Shown: positions 26,612 to 35,450 of the stretch, in pieces
Layout of the letters: each line of letters starts with the position of its first letter
Position numbering within the stretch: position 1 is the stretch's first letter
IMG/VR virus record: IMGVR_UViG_3300020592_000107
Span: 1 to 39,115 of that record
Strand: one strand, 5' to 3'
Origin: a virus
Lineage: Duplodnaviria > Caudoviricetes
Length of the DNA stretch: 39,115 bases
Position numbers and translations under genes: made by a program
The notes under the pieces: generated by a model
What the model was told of the DNA's origin: nothing
The model's input: the letters and a program-made list of their open reading frames with translations, nothing else
Database searches by the model: none

Positions 26612-26965
26612 TCATCGAGCACCCCCATCCGCGCGAACAGCATCTCCGATGAGCTCGGCCACGGGCTCTTCTTCGATGCAGAACGAGTCGCCCGGCGTGC
26701 CCGAGAAGATCCACGTGTGGCGACGGGTGCCCAGGCAGGCGACGTCCACGAGGTGCCAGTCGCGTAGCGGCAGTGCGGCGCGCAGCCACTCCGTGTGATC
26801 GAGGCACGCGTAGACCGTGTACGCATCGGGCGCGTCCTGGCCCCCGATCCAGGCATGCGTGGTCGCCACCTTGCCGCAGATCGTGCCGCTGCGCGTCGGG
26901 TCGTATCCGCAGTGCCCGTCGCGGTGCGACGGCAGGACGAGGCCCTCAGCCACGGGACTCACCAA
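26612..26965 (-). CDS. Cys/His-rich hypothetical protein
   Basis: HCG...ICG...ACLDH pattern; coupled ORF. Confidence 0.5.
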   Translation of the reverse strand: MVSPVAEGLVLPSHRDGHCGYDPTRSGTICGKVATTHAWIGGQDAPDAYTVYACLDHTEWLRAALPLRDWHLVDVACLGTRRHTWIFSGTPGDSFCIEEEPVAELIGDAVRADGGAR

Positions 26966-27738
26966 CCTCTACGTCGGGGACCGCCTCGGCTTCGGCCTTC
27001 CATTGCCGCGCTCGGGTCGATCATCCGGTCCAGGAGGTCAAGGGCAGAAGCCTGCAATGCCTCGATGGTGGGTTGAAGTACGTCCCTGGCAGCGTCCCCG
27101 GCAGCGTCCCTGGCAGCGGCCCCGGCAGCGTCCCAGGCAGCGTCCCAGGCAGCGCCCCAGGCAGCGGCCCCGGCAGCGTCCCTGGCAGCGTCCCTGGCAG
27201 CGTCCCTGGCAGCGTCCCCGGCAGCGGCCCAGGCAGCGGCCCCGGCAGCGCCCCTGGCAGCGCCCCTGGCAGCGGCCCAGGCAGCGTCCCCGGCAGCGGC
27301 CGCTCGCGCCCGAACCGAAAGCACAACCGGACCAGCGCTCTCGGCCGTAGCCATGTCCACGATGCGCCGCAGCGACCGCAACTCCGTCGCCTCAGTGGTC
27401 AATCCCGCGAGGTCAAGCCAGGCCGGAGTGAACGTGCGGATCAGCCAGTCCAACGCGAGATACGACCGGGCCTCATCCTGACCGTCGCCCGCTGTCCCCA
27501 CCATGCGAGGCAGGAGCGGGATCAGCTTCTGTCGCTGCTCGTGGCCCCACTGGTCGTTGAGGTTGATCGTGAAGTCACGCAGCACGGGAGAGGCGCACTC
27601 GGGGCAGTCCGTATGTCCCAGACCGGCAAGCCACGCCACGACCTCCATTGCGCAGTGCCCAGACTCAAAATCATCATGGGCGCCCTCCGCAAGCGTGATG
27701 GTGTCAAGCGCGTCCAGGCGCTCCTGAATGATCGTCAT
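26959..27738 (-). CDS. Protein with Ala-rich AA(W/R/G)(D/A/G) tetrapeptide repeats
   Basis: N-terminal [21 protein letters not shown] domain followed by a repeat tract. Confidence 0.7.
   Translation of the reverse strand: MTIIQERLDALDTITLAEGAHDDFESGHCAMEVVAWLAGLGHTDCPECASPVLRDFTINLNDQWGHEQRQKLIPLLPRMVGTAGDGQDEARSYLALDWLIRTFTPAWLDLAGLTTEATELRSLRRIVDMATAESAGPVVLSVRARAAAAGDAAWAAARGAARGAAGAAAWAAAGDAARDAARDAARDAAGAAAWGAAWDAAWDAAGAAARDAAGDAARDVLQPTIEALQASALDLLDRMIDPSAAMEGRSRGGPRRRGW
27081..27300. repeat. 12-bp coding tandem repeat (about 18 copies)
   Basis: Units of the form GGCAGCG(T/G/C)CCC(T/A/C). Confidence 0.9.
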
Positions 27739-27740
27739 TT

Positions 27741-28019
27741 CTATACTCCTTCCTGCTTCAGCGCGGCGATAGCCGCGAGAGCATCCCAGACGCCGTGGTT
27801 CTGTGCGAGACGACCAAGCGTCACCGCAGGCCGCACCAACGCCTCTAACGCAGCCACAGCCTCATCCAGGGCTTGCTCGCGCGCCCACGCGGCGATGATC
27901 GGAGCGGCAACGCCGAGTTCGTAACGCAACATCACCGCGTCGTCTTCATGTCGGAAGCCCACCGCGTTCACCGCCGCCTCGATCACTTCCTCGGGGATCG
28001 AAACTGTGTTCCCCATCAC
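27741..28019 (-). CDS. Hypothetical phage protein
   Basis: IPEEVIEAA and AAPIIAAW motifs. Confidence 0.55.
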   Translation of the reverse strand: MMGNTVSIPEEVIEAAVNAVGFRHEDDAVMLRYELGVAAPIIAAWAREQALDEAVAALEALVRPAVTLGRLAQNHGVWDALAAIAALKQEGV

Positions 28020-28149
28020 GCCCCCTCAACGTTCGAAACTGTGTTCCCCTGCCCAGATGCACCAGGGACGGTTGAAATCGCGTCAGACGGGCGCACAGAG
28101 CCGCTGGAGGCCGAATCCTGGCCGATCCGGTCGCCCTTGTTGTAGGTAG

Positions 28150-29277
28150 TCATGCCGCCACCACCTTTCCGCCACGCAGCGTGTAGAACACATCCGCCTT
28201 GATGCGCTTCCCGTCGACCTTCACCGTCTCCACGGCGACGATCTTGTACTCCTCGTCGCGCTCAGTAAGCACCAGCCAAGCCCCGACAGTGCCACTCGCC
28301 TCGCCCTTGTATCCGGTGGCGATCGCGAGGGCGTCGGCACCGCTGGCGGTGGCCTTGGAGTAGGAGCCCGTGACGAGCGCCGCCGAACGGTCGCCCGTGT
28401 TCGACGCCACCGAGCGGTTGCCCGTGTTTGACGCCGCCGAGCAGTTGCCCGTGTTCGACGCCGCCGAACGGTAGCCCGTGTTCGACGCCACCGAGTAGTC
28501 GCCCGTGTTCGACGCCGCCGAGTGGTAGCCCGTGTTCGACGCCACCGAGCAGTCGCCCGTGTTCGACGCCGCCGAGTGGTAGCCCGTGTTCGACGCCACC
28601 GAGCAGTCGCCCGTGTTCGACGCCACCGAGTAGTCGCCCGTGTTCGACGCCGCCGAGCAGTTGCCCGTGTTTGACGCCACCGAACGGTCGCCCGTGTTTG
28701 ACGCCACCGAACGGTCGCCAGTGTTCGACGCCGCCGAACGGTCGCCCGTGTTCGACGCCACCGAGCAGTTGCCCGTGTTTGACGCCACCGAACGGTCGCC
28801 CGTGTTTGACGCCACCGAACGGTCGCCAGTGTTCGACGCCGCCGAACGGTCGCCCGTGTTCGACGCCACCGAGTAGTTGCCAGTGTTCGACGCCACCGAA
28901 CGGTCATCGGTCTTGTGTGCGGACTTCTTGCCATCCGGCTTGATCCCCGCCCTCACAACCTCGACGTGCGCCTTCACCAGCCCAGGGATGCCGATCTCCG
29001 CGCCAATCGTGATCGTCCGACCGGCAACCTTCGAATCGGATTCGCGCTCCTCCGACACATCACCCAACTCCACGAGCCGGTACACCGACTCCGCAGGCGG
29101 GTAGTAGGCGAACACGTCCAACGGGGAAGTGACAGCGTGGAACCCCGACACGCACAGCTTCGCCGGAGTGTCCTGCTCGTAGGTCTTGCCTTCCTCGTAC
29201 TGGAACCCGCGGCACGTCATATCCGCGTTGAAACCCTTGAACGCCGTCACACGGTCGCCCTCTGAAAACTTCGTCAT
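28150..29277 (-). CDS. Phage protein with nonapeptide (ASNTGxxS) beta-solenoid repeats
   Basis: N-terminal FKGFNADMTCRGFQYEEG...GFHA domain, 19 repeats, C-terminal VDGKRIKADVFYTL. Confidence 0.8.
   Translation of the reverse strand: MTKFSEGDRVTAFKGFNADMTCRGFQYEEGKTYEQDTPAKLCVSGFHAVTSPLDVFAYYPPAESVYRLVELGDVSEERESDSKVAGRTITIGAEIGIPGLVKAHVEVVRAGIKPDGKKSAHKTDDRSVASNTGNYSVASNTGDRSAASNTGDRSVASNTGDRSVASNTGNCSVASNTGDRSAASNTGDRSVASNTGDRSVASNTGNCSAASNTGDYSVASNTGDCSVASNTGYHSAASNTGDCSVASNTGYHSAASNTGDYSVASNTGYRSAASNTGNCSAASNTGNRSVASNTGDRSAALVTGSYSKATASGADALAIATGYKGEASGTVGAWLVLTERDEEYKIVAVETVKVDGKRIKADVFYTLRGGKVVAA
28380..28905. repeat. 27-bp coding tandem repeat (19 copies)
   Basis: GTGTT(C/T)GACGCC(A/G)CCGA core recurs every 27 bp. 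Confidence 0.92.
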
Positions 29278-29678
29278 GCTGACTCCTTCAACGACCTCGG
29301 CCGACGCCACGACCTCGCCTCAACCACAGCCTCATCAATCGACCCGAACGACTTCTGCACCACCGTCGAATCCACCACCTGCCGTTCCGCAGGCGACAAA
29401 CCACCCCAAACCCCGAACTTCTCTCCGTTCCGCAAAGCGAAGTTCAAACAGTCCAACCGCACCGGACAACCCGCACACACCCGCTTCGCCGCCGCCACCT
29501 TCTCCGTCTCTCCCGGCTCAGCGAAGAACACCTCCGGGTCCGTCTGCGCACACAACGCATCCCGCACCCAAGGCTCCGGACGCACCAAACCGACCACCGA
29601 CTCAAACGGCGACCTCACATCACCCACCACATACCGGCGATGCTGAACCACACGATCCGTATCAGGCTCCGCAACCAT
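29274..29678 (-). CDS. whiB: WhiB-family Fe-S transcription factor
   Basis: W..DALCAQTDPEVFF...AKRVCAGCPVRLDCL..AL...FGVWGG. Confidence 0.9.
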   Translation of the reverse strand: MVAEPDTDRVVQHRRYVVGDVRSPFESVVGLVRPEPWVRDALCAQTDPEVFFAEPGETEKVAAAKRVCAGCPVRLDCLNFALRNGEKFGVWGGLSPAERQVVDSTVVQKSFGSIDEAVVEARSWRRPRSLKESA

Positions 29679-29679
29679 C

Positions 29680-30093
29680 TCAGAACGGAACCTCAGACGA
29701 ACCCCACGACTCCTCCGGAGCACGGGAACCGGAACCGCGGGTCACCGAGGCGGTCGCGTAGCGCAGGCTCGGACCGATCTCGTCGACCTCCAGCTCGAAC
29801 GTGGTGCGCTTCTCGCCCTCGCGCGTCTCGTACGAGCGCTGCTTGAGCCGCCCGGACGCGATCACGCGCATGCCCTTCGTCAGCGAGCCGGCGACGTTCT
29901 CCGCGAACTCCCTCCAGACGCTCGCGCGCAGGAACGTCGCTTCTCCGTCGACGTATTCACCCTTCGCCTTATCGAACGTCCTGGGTGTGGAGGCGATGGT
30001 GAAGTTAGCGACCGCCAAACCTGACTGTGTGTAGGTCAAAGTCGGGTCCGCGGTGAGGTTCCCGATTACTGTCATGACGATTTCGTTAGCCAT
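29680..30093 (-). CDS. ssb: Single-stranded DNA-binding protein
   Basis: IGNLTADP...[11 protein letters not shown]...EVDEIGPSL, with acidic EVPF tail. Confidence 0.95.
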   Translation of the reverse strand: MANEIVMTVIGNLTADPTLTYTQSGLAVANFTIASTPRTFDKAKGEYVDGEATFLRASVWREFAENVAGSLTKGMRVIASGRLKQRSYETREGEKRTTFELEVDEIGPSLRYATASVTRGSGSRAPEESWGSSEVPF

Positions 30094-30270
30094 CAGGCCG
30101 CTTCCTTCCGGGTACGAGCGCGATCGCGCTCTCGTTCGCAGGCGATGCACTTGCGAATGGTCGGACTCAGGTCAGACATCCGTTGTTTCCTTGGTGATGG
30201 GCTCTGTCACGGGGTTCCTTTCATGAGAAAAGCCGACCCGAAGCACGGCTGGTTGCCCTCCTTCGGGCAC

Positions 30271-30298
30271 GAAAAAGGCCTGCCGGTGACGGCAGGCC
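30271..30298 (-). terminator. Intrinsic terminator
   Basis: GGCCTGCCG-TCAC-CGGCAGGCC-TTTTTC on the minus strand. Confidence 0.75.
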
Positions 30299-30317
30299 AG
30301 ATTGGTTGTTGTTCAGC

Positions 30318-30941
30318 TCAGGCGATCTCGTCAGTGCGTGCGATGCACCACAAACACGAACCGTCCTTCTGCCACGTGTGCCCGTCACGATCACAGTCGT
30401 GCTTCTTCGGGGGCTTGGGTGGCGTCCAGGCTTCAGATCGTTCCCGTGCCCTTTTGCAGGCCCTGCACGGTTGGTCTGTGCCGTTGGGGTGGTTGAAGCA
30501 GAACGGGGAGGGGGGCGCGAGCGCTTCCCCTTCCCCTTCTATTTCTTCTTCTACTTCTTCTTCTAGGACAATTTTTCGAAAAGTTTCAGAACTTTTCTGA
30601 ATCTTCTCCAACGGTGCTGGGATCTTCGACTTCTTCCGATACTTCAACTCCTGATGTTCGTCCCAATTGACGACCTCGAAGTACCTGCGACCACCCACCG
30701 TGTACGGGCGAATCACACCCTCCTGCTCAAGCCCCAGCATCCACCGTGCAACGGTCTCCGCGGTGATCTCATCATCCAGAGGGAAGGTGTCAGCGACGAT
30801 CAGACGACAGTCGTAAACGCCCCGCCCGAAGTCGTCGCAGTACCCCCACAGTTGCGTCCAGAAGAACCGCAGCGGGATCGGCCACCGGTTGACCTTCTCC
30901 GAGGTGCGCATCTCCGCGCGGATCATTCTGTCTACCGCCAT
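30318..30941 (-). CDS. Phage replication initiator-like protein
   Basis: N-terminal RMIR...TSEKV..W...RFFW..LW.YCDD.GRG winged-helix initiator pattern; internal AT-rich tract; C-terminal C..HP.G..PC..C. Confidence 0.7.
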   Translation of the reverse strand: MAVDRMIRAEMRTSEKVNRWPIPLRFFWTQLWGYCDDFGRGVYDCRLIVADTFPLDDEITAETVARWMLGLEQEGVIRPYTVGGRRYFEVVNWDEHQELKYRKKSKIPAPLEKIQKSSETFRKIVLEEEVEEEIEGEGEALAPPSPFCFNHPNGTDQPCRACKRARERSEAWTPPKPPKKHDCDRDGHTWQKDGSCLWCIARTDEIA

Positions 30942-31292
30942 TCAGAACGGCACCTCCTCTCGCGTCACACCGCCGAAGTCATCCAGCAGCACCCGCCCGT
31001 GCACGGCATGCTGGATGAGCACGTGCGACGGGTCGTCGTGCGAGCTGATCTTGATGCCTCGCTTGCGTGCCGCTTCCGCATAGTCCGGGTCCGACTCGAC
31101 GAGCCCGTTCGTGGTCGAGCACAACCAGACGAGATTCGAGATTCGGTCCTTCGACTTCGAACCGCCCATGCCCCTGTTCGCCCGGTGATGCGGGACGAGG
31201 GCGTCAGGGTTGCACGCTCCGGCGAAGTGCCAGGCACATCGTCTGCCGTCGCGCAGCTCCAACGCCCTCAGAAGGGCAGGCTTGACACTCAT
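30942..31292 (-). CDS. HNH-like endonuclease
   Basis: RDGRRC...PHHRANRGMGGS...NLVWLC motif. Confidence 0.7.
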   Translation of the reverse strand: MSVKPALLRALELRDGRRCAWHFAGACNPDALVPHHRANRGMGGSKSKDRISNLVWLCSTTNGLVESDPDYAEAARKRGIKISSHDDPSHVLIQHAVHGRVLLDDFGGVTREEVPF

Positions 31293-31344
31293 GCCGTCTC
31301 CCCGAAGTCGAATTCAGCGACGGGTTGCTGATCCTCGAGCCAGG

Positions 31345-31746
31345 TCACCATGCCTCCACATGAATGTGGACGCCGGGTTGCTCCCCAGCGTCCACGTAAC
31401 GTTTCGTCGGTTCTCGGAACTTGAAGATCCGGGAATCGTCGGACAGCAAGCCTCCGTCTACGAGCCCGTCATTGACTGCCCGGATGAGTTTGTCGAGGTC
31501 GGGTTTGACGGCGTGCTGTAGGAACTTCGGCCGCTTTGGCTTGGGAAGTAGGAACTCGTACCCGACGACCACGGGGGAGTCGAACGTCAGCCCCACATCT
31601 GCCCGGTTCGCTACGGTCGCGCGCCACTTGCGGAGAGCGTCAGCGTTCGCGTCGACCATCCATGTCTTCCCGCCGCGTCGCATGAGCGTCTTGGATCCTT
31701 GGGGGACGGGGATGCCGGGGACGAAGAAGGTGATCACGTCAGTCAC
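31345..31746 (-). CDS. rusA: RusA-like Holliday junction resolvase
   Basis: VPGIPVPQGSK, KPDLDKLIRAVNDGL and DDSRI motifs. Confidence 0.9.
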   Translation of the reverse strand: MTDVITFFVPGIPVPQGSKTLMRRGGKTWMVDANADALRKWRATVANRADVGLTFDSPVVVGYEFLLPKPKRPKFLQHAVKPDLDKLIRAVNDGLVDGGLLSDDSRIFKFREPTKRYVDAGEQPGVHIHVEAW

Positions 31747-32296
31747 CGTCGGTCCTAGTTGCGAGCGCAGCTTTCCGCTCGTCCTTCAGTGAGATCACCT
31801 CATGAGAGGAAGCGACTCCGGCCTTGCTCGCTGCTGCCCATGCGGCCTGTAGTTCCTCGAGGGTCGAGGCGCCCGACAGAGCCGCGAGGTGCGGTGCGAT
31901 AGTGTCCCTGATCGGCTGCACCACAAACGGTGCACGCTTGCCACGGGTAACAGTGAGGTTGATCGACTTCGGTTCGTCGATGTGCGACAGTGCGGCGATC
32001 CGAATCCCGCCGACCTCTTGGCCTGCCCACTTGACGGTTGGATCGTTGAACAAGGTGAGACGCCGGCCGACGTAAGTCCCCGCTTCGGGGCCCCAGCAAG
32101 CGACGAGTACCCGGCGCATCGACTTGGCCGGCCTGTAAGTACGTCCCGGGAACTCGACGAGATGAATGAAGACTGGCTGATCTGCCGTACCCTTCTCCAC
32201 CCCGGCTATTGTCACGGTGGCTGGTCCTGCGAGGAAGTCCTCCGCGTTCACCTGCTCACTCTTGGGGATAATCGTCTCGGACAGATCCACTGTCAC
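31739..32296 (-). CDS. Conserved phage recombination-module protein (possible ssDNA binding/annealing partner)
   Basis: PKSEQVNAEDF...PAKSMRRVL..CWG...GGIRI; sits in the partner position of the exonuclease. Confidence 0.6.
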   Translation of the reverse strand: MTVDLSETIIPKSEQVNAEDFLAGPATVTIAGVEKGTADQPVFIHLVEFPGRTYRPAKSMRRVLVACWGPEAGTYVGRRLTLFNDPTVKWAGQEVGGIRIAALSHIDEPKSINLTVTRGKRAPFVVQPIRDTIAPHLAALSGASTLEELQAAWAAASKAGVASSHEVISLKDERKAALATRTDGD

Positions 32297-32835
32297 TTCT
32301 CCTTCTGAGCTATGCGATACCGCCTACTGCTCAAGCGAGCCGACTCTCTGAAACGCTCAGGGTGCTCCGCGCGCCAAGCAGATGCCCTCGCGATGTACTC
32401 TTCGCGGTTCTCCTGATAGTGCCGCCGACCAAGCTCACGCTTGCAAGATCGGCACGTTCGTCCGCGCTTCCCGTAGGTGGTGTTTTCCGGGGTAAACTCG
32501 TGACCCCTCAGGCAGTGGGTTTGTCGTTCAGCTCGAGCCCTCGACACCTCAGCGGCGATGCCACGCCTGACGTTTTCGGAAGGAACGACAGGTTCGAGGT
32601 GATCTGGATTAACGCACCCTCGGTTCCGACACAGGTGGTCGATCTGTAGTCCGTCCGGGATCTTCCCGACGAAATGCTCATAGGACCATCTATGTGCGAG
32701 TGCTCCCCGCCCATTCACGTAAAAACGGCCGTAGCCATTCGCGCCTCTGTACGCCAACCATTCAATGCATCCGTTGTCGAGCAAGCGCGTCTTCTCTCTG
32801 AACCTGTCGATCGCAGGCCGCGTCTTCGGTGCCAC
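32293..32835 (-). CDS. HNH homing endonuclease
   Basis: CIEW...GYGRF...AHRWSYE...QIDHLCRNRGCVNPDHLE and THCLRGHEFTPENT motifs. Confidence 0.88.
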   Translation of the reverse strand: MAPKTRPAIDRFREKTRLLDNGCIEWLAYRGANGYGRFYVNGRGALAHRWSYEHFVGKIPDGLQIDHLCRNRGCVNPDHLEPVVPSENVRRGIAAEVSRARAERQTHCLRGHEFTPENTTYGKRGRTCRSCKRELGRRHYQENREEYIARASAWRAEHPERFRESARLSSRRYRIAQKEK

Positions 32836-33713
32836 TAGATCTGGATGTCTCCGCTCTCGTATCGCATCTCGTGCTCGATGACTGCCCACGCGGGCGGATC
32901 AAGCACAACAACCCCAGGGTCGTATCCCGGCCACACACCGGACTCGGTGCACTGTCTGAAAATGCGTCGCGCCTCCGCCGCTTTCGTGCGACCCATCCGC
33001 ACCCACAACTCCGGAAGCTCGAACACCGCCACTTCGTACGGGCCGGACTTCTCCACAGCGATGAAGATGAAACGGTCGATCGGTCTGCCCACGCCAGCCT
33101 CGTGCACGTCCCTGTAGTGGGCTTCCTGCACGTCGTACCCGTACCGTTTCACCGACGACTCGAGCCCCGTCTTCGTGGCGTCCTCAGTGGTCTTCAGGTC
33201 GACCGCGAAGACGCCGTTTCGGGTGGCGTCAGAAAGGGCGTCGAAGCGGGCCCGGCACGGCACATCGTCGACGGTCGCGAAAACGGACACTTCACGATGC
33301 ACCGCAACCTCAAGGTAGGGGCGTGCCGTCTCGTGGGCGAGCACAGCCTCAGCCATTGCGTCCACGGTGGCGGCGTCGTTCGGGCTCACAACGGTCAGGC
33401 CGGCGGCTCGCTGCTCGGCTTCCCAAGCGAGCGTCGCCGCCTTCGTTGACACATTCCCGCTCGGTGTCAGGTGCTCGTCAGGGTAGGTGATGACGTTCGC
33501 ACCGACACCGAGGACCTTCGCATGCACTGCATGGCCGATGTCGAACGTGCGGGATGTTTTCGGGTGCGCCTTCGCCCACTGGAACTTCCTCGGAGACCCC
33601 GCGTACTCGGGCAGCAACTGCCGCGCACCCGTGGATGAAAGCTCGGGGCGGGCGTGATACTCCCACTCGGGAAGTCCCGCAACGATCCCGCTCGGAGGCG
33701 CTACCGGCTTCAT
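32835..33713 (-). CDS. RecE/ExoVIII-like PD-(D/E)XK exonuclease
   Basis: EYHA...LSSTGAR, GHAVH, CRARFD...VDLKTT and YDVQEAHY motifs. Confidence 0.88.
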   Translation of the reverse strand: MKPVAPPSGIVAGLPEWEYHARPELSSTGARQLLPEYAGSPRKFQWAKAHPKTSRTFDIGHAVHAKVLGVGANVITYPDEHLTPSGNVSTKAATLAWEAEQRAAGLTVVSPNDAATVDAMAEAVLAHETARPYLEVAVHREVSVFATVDDVPCRARFDALSDATRNGVFAVDLKTTEDATKTGLESSVKRYGYDVQEAHYRDVHEAGVGRPIDRFIFIAVEKSGPYEVAVFELPELWVRMGRTKAAEARRIFRQCTESGVWPGYDPGVVVLDPPAWAVIEHEMRYESGDIQI

Positions 33714-33940
33714 ACCGTTGTTCCTTCGATCGGGGTGATCGTGTACATCACCTGCGCCGCCTGCCTGATCCCCGTGTTCTCGCACACGCTCACCGGGTGA
33801 GTGAGCATCCACAGCACCTCCCGTGTACGGCACACAGAGCACAGCAGGGCGACGGTCTTGCACACGTGGCACCGCTGAACCCACTGGGCGTCCCGAGGGC
33901 AGCAGTCACAGCTCGCCGTGAAATCCAGGTGGTCGATCAT
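33710..33940 (-). CDS. Small Cys-rich (zinc-binding) protein
   Basis: CDCC...CHVC...CSVC; coupled ORF. Confidence 0.55.
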   Translation of the reverse strand: MIDHLDFTASCDCCPRDAQWVQRCHVCKTVALLCSVCRTREVLWMLTHPVSVCENTGIRQAAQVMYTITPIEGTTV

Positions 33941-34155
33941 CGGCCCGCAGCGATCCACAGAAACGCGGAGCCGATCGCCCCGACCGCCACACCCAGCAGC
34001 AGCACAGCAGCGAACGCCAACCACGACTCCGACACCGACCGACGCCGCACCCGGTCAGACCCGAGATTCCAACTCCCGGCAACCTCAGACGCCGACACAG
34101 GCGGATGCGCTCTCCTCAACGCCTGCTCACCCACACCCACACGAACCGTCCTCAT
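33937..34155 (-). CDS. Small membrane protein
   Basis: C-terminal hydrophobic helix WLAFAAVLLLGVAVGAIGSAFLWIA; start uncertain. Confidence 0.5.
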   Translation of the reverse strand: MRTVRVGVGEQALRRAHPPVSASEVAGSWNLGSDRVRRRSVSESWLAFAAVLLLGVAVGAIGSAFLWIAAGR

Positions 34156-34370
34156 GTCACCCACGGCCCCTCCTCCACAACGCAACGACCAGATACGCAA
34201 CCGCCACAGCAAGCCCGGCCACCATCAACCACGACTGTGCTGTGGACGCGGCCATCACCAGCCCTCCTTGAACCGGGACCGAGCTGCGTCCACCGAATCC
34301 CAGAACGCCTCCTCCTGCGGATCGTCCGGCTCGGGAACGTCCTCGATCTCGTCATCCCGATACGGCCAGA

Positions 34371-34670
34371 TCACGACGCGACCTCCCAAACGGTCGCCCG
34401 ATACCCGGACCGCCCGATCCTGGTGACGTTCGACGCCCGCAGCACGCCCCGCAACGTCAGTTCCTTGCGGGCGGTGCGGATGCGTTGCGGGGTGCGATAA
34501 GGCCCGACCCGCCAGACCTTGGGAATCAGTTCCTCATCGGTCAACGGGCCCTCCCGCAGCAGATTCAGGATCGTGGACTGCAACTGGGTCCACCCCTGAT
34601 CCGTGATACCTTCCGCGGCGTCAGCACTCGTTTGCGGGTCCACCGTGCGAACCCATCTGTGATCAGACAC
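34371..34670 (-). CDS. Winged-helix DNA-binding protein
   Basis: RTVDPQTSADAA...GPLTDEEL...RTARKEL...SG..ATVW, a common actinophage wHTH pattern. Confidence 0.7.
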   Translation of the reverse strand: MSDHRWVRTVDPQTSADAAEGITDQGWTQLQSTILNLLREGPLTDEELIPKVWRVGPYRTPQRIRTARKELTLRGVLRASNVTRIGRSGYRATVWEVAS

Positions 34671-34708
34671 AACAGCCCCCTTTCGGGCATGAGTCAGCCA
34701 TGAGTGAG

Positions 34709-34790
34709 TGCCGGTCCCGGGACTCGAACCCGGACGCCTGAGGGGCGGCGCATTTTGAGTGCGCTGCGTCTGCCATTCCGCCAGACCGGC
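34709..34790 (-). tRNA. tRNA-Leu(CAA), phage-encoded
   Basis: GCCGGTC/GACCGGC-A acceptor; TGGCGGAATGGCAGACGC D-arm; GCGCA-CTCAAAA-TGCGC anticodon arm; long variable arm; CCGGG-TTCGAGT-CCCGG T-arm. Confidence 0.93.
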
Positions 34791-34911
34791 GAGCGAGCAG
34801 TTTCGACTCATGCTCAGGACGGGCCGACTACTCCTTGCCGTCTGCCATGGCTGGTGCCGCACTTATCGGGTTCCCGGCACTTGCTGGGCTGCCGCTAAGC
34901 GGTACTCCGCG

Positions 34912-34953
34912 CGCTCGGGCAGGGAATCGAACCCCGCCTGCGACCATCCGAGC
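34912..34953 (-). ncRNA. tRNA minihelix-like element (acceptor stem plus T-arm only)
   Basis: GCTCGG-ATGGTCGCAG-GCGGGG-TTCGATT-CCCTGC-CCGAGC-G. Confidence 0.5.
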
Positions 34954-35423
34954 TACCGGTCCTGCCTACGTCGCAGCCTTGACGATGAGACGGCGGCGCG
35001 GTGGCACACGGGGCACCAACGCTTCTTACTCGGGTCGCTCCCCGTGTACGGCACTAACGGATGCCCATTGCGGCACTCGGTTCGCTCGGTGTTTCGCCGC
35101 CAGCCCGCCGCCATGTTGTCGAACGGGAATGTGCCGTGTGCGATCTGGTCCCGGACGTTCTGCCTTTGCGTGCCGTACGCCAAGTTCGATGCCGCGTTAT
35201 TCAGGCGGTCTCCGTCGAGATGTCTAATGACGTGGCCATCGGGCCGTGGCCCGATGAACGTCTCGGCGACGATCCCGTGGACCGTCCGGTTCCTAGACCC
35301 GATTCGAACGTGTAGGTATCCGTTCCCGTTGTCGAAGGGTTTCAATACCCTCCGCGGGCCGCGCACCCGTCCGTCTCTACTCGCTTCGTATCCCGGTGCG
35401 CCCGGAATCTGAGTCCATCCCAT
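34953..35423 (-). CDS. NUMOD4-HNH homing endonuclease
   Basis: WTQIPGAPGYEASRDGRVR (NUMOD4); VHGIVAETFIGPRP...RHLDGD..NN..SNL; CRNGH. Confidence 0.88.
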   Translation of the reverse strand: MGWTQIPGAPGYEASRDGRVRGPRRVLKPFDNGNGYLHVRIGSRNRTVHGIVAETFIGPRPDGHVIRHLDGDRLNNAASNLAYGTQRQNVRDQIAHGTFPFDNMAAGWRRNTERTECRNGHPLVPYTGSDPSKKRWCPVCHRAAVSSSRLRRRQDR

Positions 35424-35450
35424 GTCGCCTCCTATTTACTGCGCGCCCGC

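Noticed and set aside
26360-26615. Intact gene between 26363 and 26612
   Set aside because: The reading frames are broken. A wHTH-like tail (ATVSAKGRTLIE) lies in a different frame from the likely start, so it may be a pseudogene, but support is too weak to call.
28380-28905. 27-bp periodic repeat as a CRISPR array or DGR template
   Set aside because: Units are contiguous with no unique spacers and stay in frame within a protein. No cas or reverse transcriptase gene is present.
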